A DNA stretch of 64,000 nucleotides from Nanobdellati archaeon (GTDB lineage Archaea; EX4484-52; GLR71). The DNA lies in contig JAHYJR010000001.1 of the NCBI GenBank assembly GCA_019429005.1, positions 72,663 through 136,662 of the forward strand, given 5' to 3'. The notes beneath the pieces are model-generated. The model did no database searches and was not told where the DNA came from. It saw nothing but the letters and a program-made list of their open reading frames with translations. Below, one piece after another: positions 63,002-64,000 of this stretch. Made by a program: the position numbers and the translations under genes. Within the stretch, counting starts at the first letter, position 1. Every line of letters starts with the position of its first letter.

Positions 63002-64000
63002 ATGCGAAATACAGATGTTGTTGTAGTTGGCGCGGGACCAATTGGTTCAATGATTGCAAAAGGTCTTTCAAAGTCAGGACTTTCTGTAATATTAATTGAC
63101 AAAAAAACGATTGTGGGAAAAGATGCATGTTCTGGTTTAATTAGTTCAAGACTATCCGAGTTTGTTACTGTTTCAGACGCTTTTTTATTAAATAAAGTGT
63201 ATGGTTCTACTTTTCATTCACCCTCATTTTCATTTTCGATTAAACGAGATATTCCTCAAGCATTTGTTGTAGATCGGCCTAAATTTGATAGATTCATGTT
63301 AGATAAAGCCATATCATCCGGTGTCACATTTTTAAATAATACAGCCTTTATTGATTTTAAAAGAGAATCGTCAGGTATGGATGTTTCATCAGGTATGGAT
63401 GTTTCATCAAGTATGGATGTTTCATCAGGTATAACGATATCTACGTCCTCAGGCGAAATCTCGTCAAAAATCATAATCGGTGCAGATGGTGCTGCATCAC
63501 GAGTACGGCGGGTTTCGGGACTTAAAGGAACTCTAAAGTCTGTGAATGGAATTATCGCTTATTTTGATGGAAATTTGGGTTCTGATCTTGTTGATGTCTA
63601 TTATAACAATTTGTTTTCAAAAGATTTCTTTGCGTGGCGAATACCAAGAGGTACTACACTTGAAGTGGGTCTTGCATCAGGCGAAAACCATATTGAAAAC
63701 TTCAAAAGTTTCATAAAACAGTTAGGACTTTCTTATCCCGAAAAAGTATTTATGCATCCTATATCATACGGCACTCAGGAAACTGCAACAGACAACATCA
63801 TACTTGCAGGTGATGCTGCAGCCCAAGTAAAACCATTTACAGGTGGTGGAATAATTTATGGTTTTATCTGTGCCCAGATCGCAATTCAAGCGATAGTTAA
63901 AGCATTTGAAAAAGAAGATTTTTCGGAGATGTTTTTAATTGATAATTATGATACTGTCTGGAAAACCAAATTGTTAGATAAGATTGAAGTTGGTCTAGGG
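63002..64000 (+). CDS. Geranylgeranyl reductase-family FAD oxidoreductase, partial (runs off window end)
   Basis: Not in ORF track; manual translation MRNTDVVVVGAGPIGS...CSGL...VDRPKFD...IGADGAAS...FAWRIP...AGDAAAQVKPFTGGGI. Confidence 0.9.
   Translation, partial: MRNTDVVVVGAGPIGSMIAKGLSKSGLSVILIDKKTIVGKDACSGLISSRLSEFVTVSDAFLLNKVYGSTFHSPSFSFSIKRDIPQAFVVDRPKFDRFMLDKAISSGVTFLNNTAFIDFKRESSGMDVSSGMDVSSSMDVSSGITISTSSGEISSKIIIGADGAASRVRRVSGLKGTLKSVNGIIAYFDGNLGSDLVDVYYNNLFSKDFFAWRIPRGTTLEVGLASGENHIENFKSFIKQLGLSYPEKVFMHPISYGTQETATDNIILAGDAAAQVKPFTGGGIIYGFICAQIAIQAIVKAFEKEDFSEMFLIDNYDTVWKTKLLDKIEVGLG
63371..63432 (+). repeat. In-frame 18-bp repeat x about 3.5 in the GGR gene (SGMDVS)
   Basis: TCA(G/A)GTATGGATGTTTCA at 63371, 63389, 63407. 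Confidence 0.9.

Noticed and set aside
1161-63474. Many short ORFs antisense to or nested in confident genes (e.g. 1161..1472, 8995..9372, 40698..40976, 49202..49579, 55615..56058, 57244..57732, 63256..63474)
   Set aside because: Shadow ORFs of well-supported genes; their repeated peptides simply mirror the DNA repeats.
1-64000. tRNA, 16S/23S rRNA, transposase, integrase or provirus
   Set aside because: No cloverleaf or T-arm signature in intergenic DNA, no long GC-rich island and no mobile-element protein motifs seen by eye.

Overview
AT-rich archaeal chromosomal segment. PolD, an HMf-type histone, RadA/RadB, Hjc, Cdc6/Orc1 and archaeal DnaG establish it as archaeal; a DPANN-like origin is an inference from compactness and gene mix. 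It carries mostly core genes: class III RNR (partial), RadA, RPA, Cdc48, TopA, SerRS, TyrRS, TldD/TldE, DnaG, Cdc6 with an adjacent ORB-bearing origin, EndoQ, PolD DP1/DP2, IscS/IscU, ADP-forming acetyl-CoA synthetase alpha/beta, lipid genes (IPK, PssA, Psd, a GGR-family reductase), SecD/SecF and a 2823-aa surface protein. No CRISPR array, tRNA, transposase or integrase was seen. The strongest unexplained signals are: (1) a second, same-strand ORB-like array with a 177-178 bp period downstream of DP2, about 10 kb from cdc6; (2) near-perfect tandem repeats in promoter regions (one built from palindromic TATA boxes) and in-frame inside DP1, DnaG, Cdc48 and GGR; (3) a radical SAM (RaSEA-like) plus ArcS-like fusion; (4) two GC-richer structured ncRNA candidates, one 5S-like and one C/D-like; (5) a voltage-sensor-like protein with no pore. 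All product calls come from motif recognition by eye; no database search was run.
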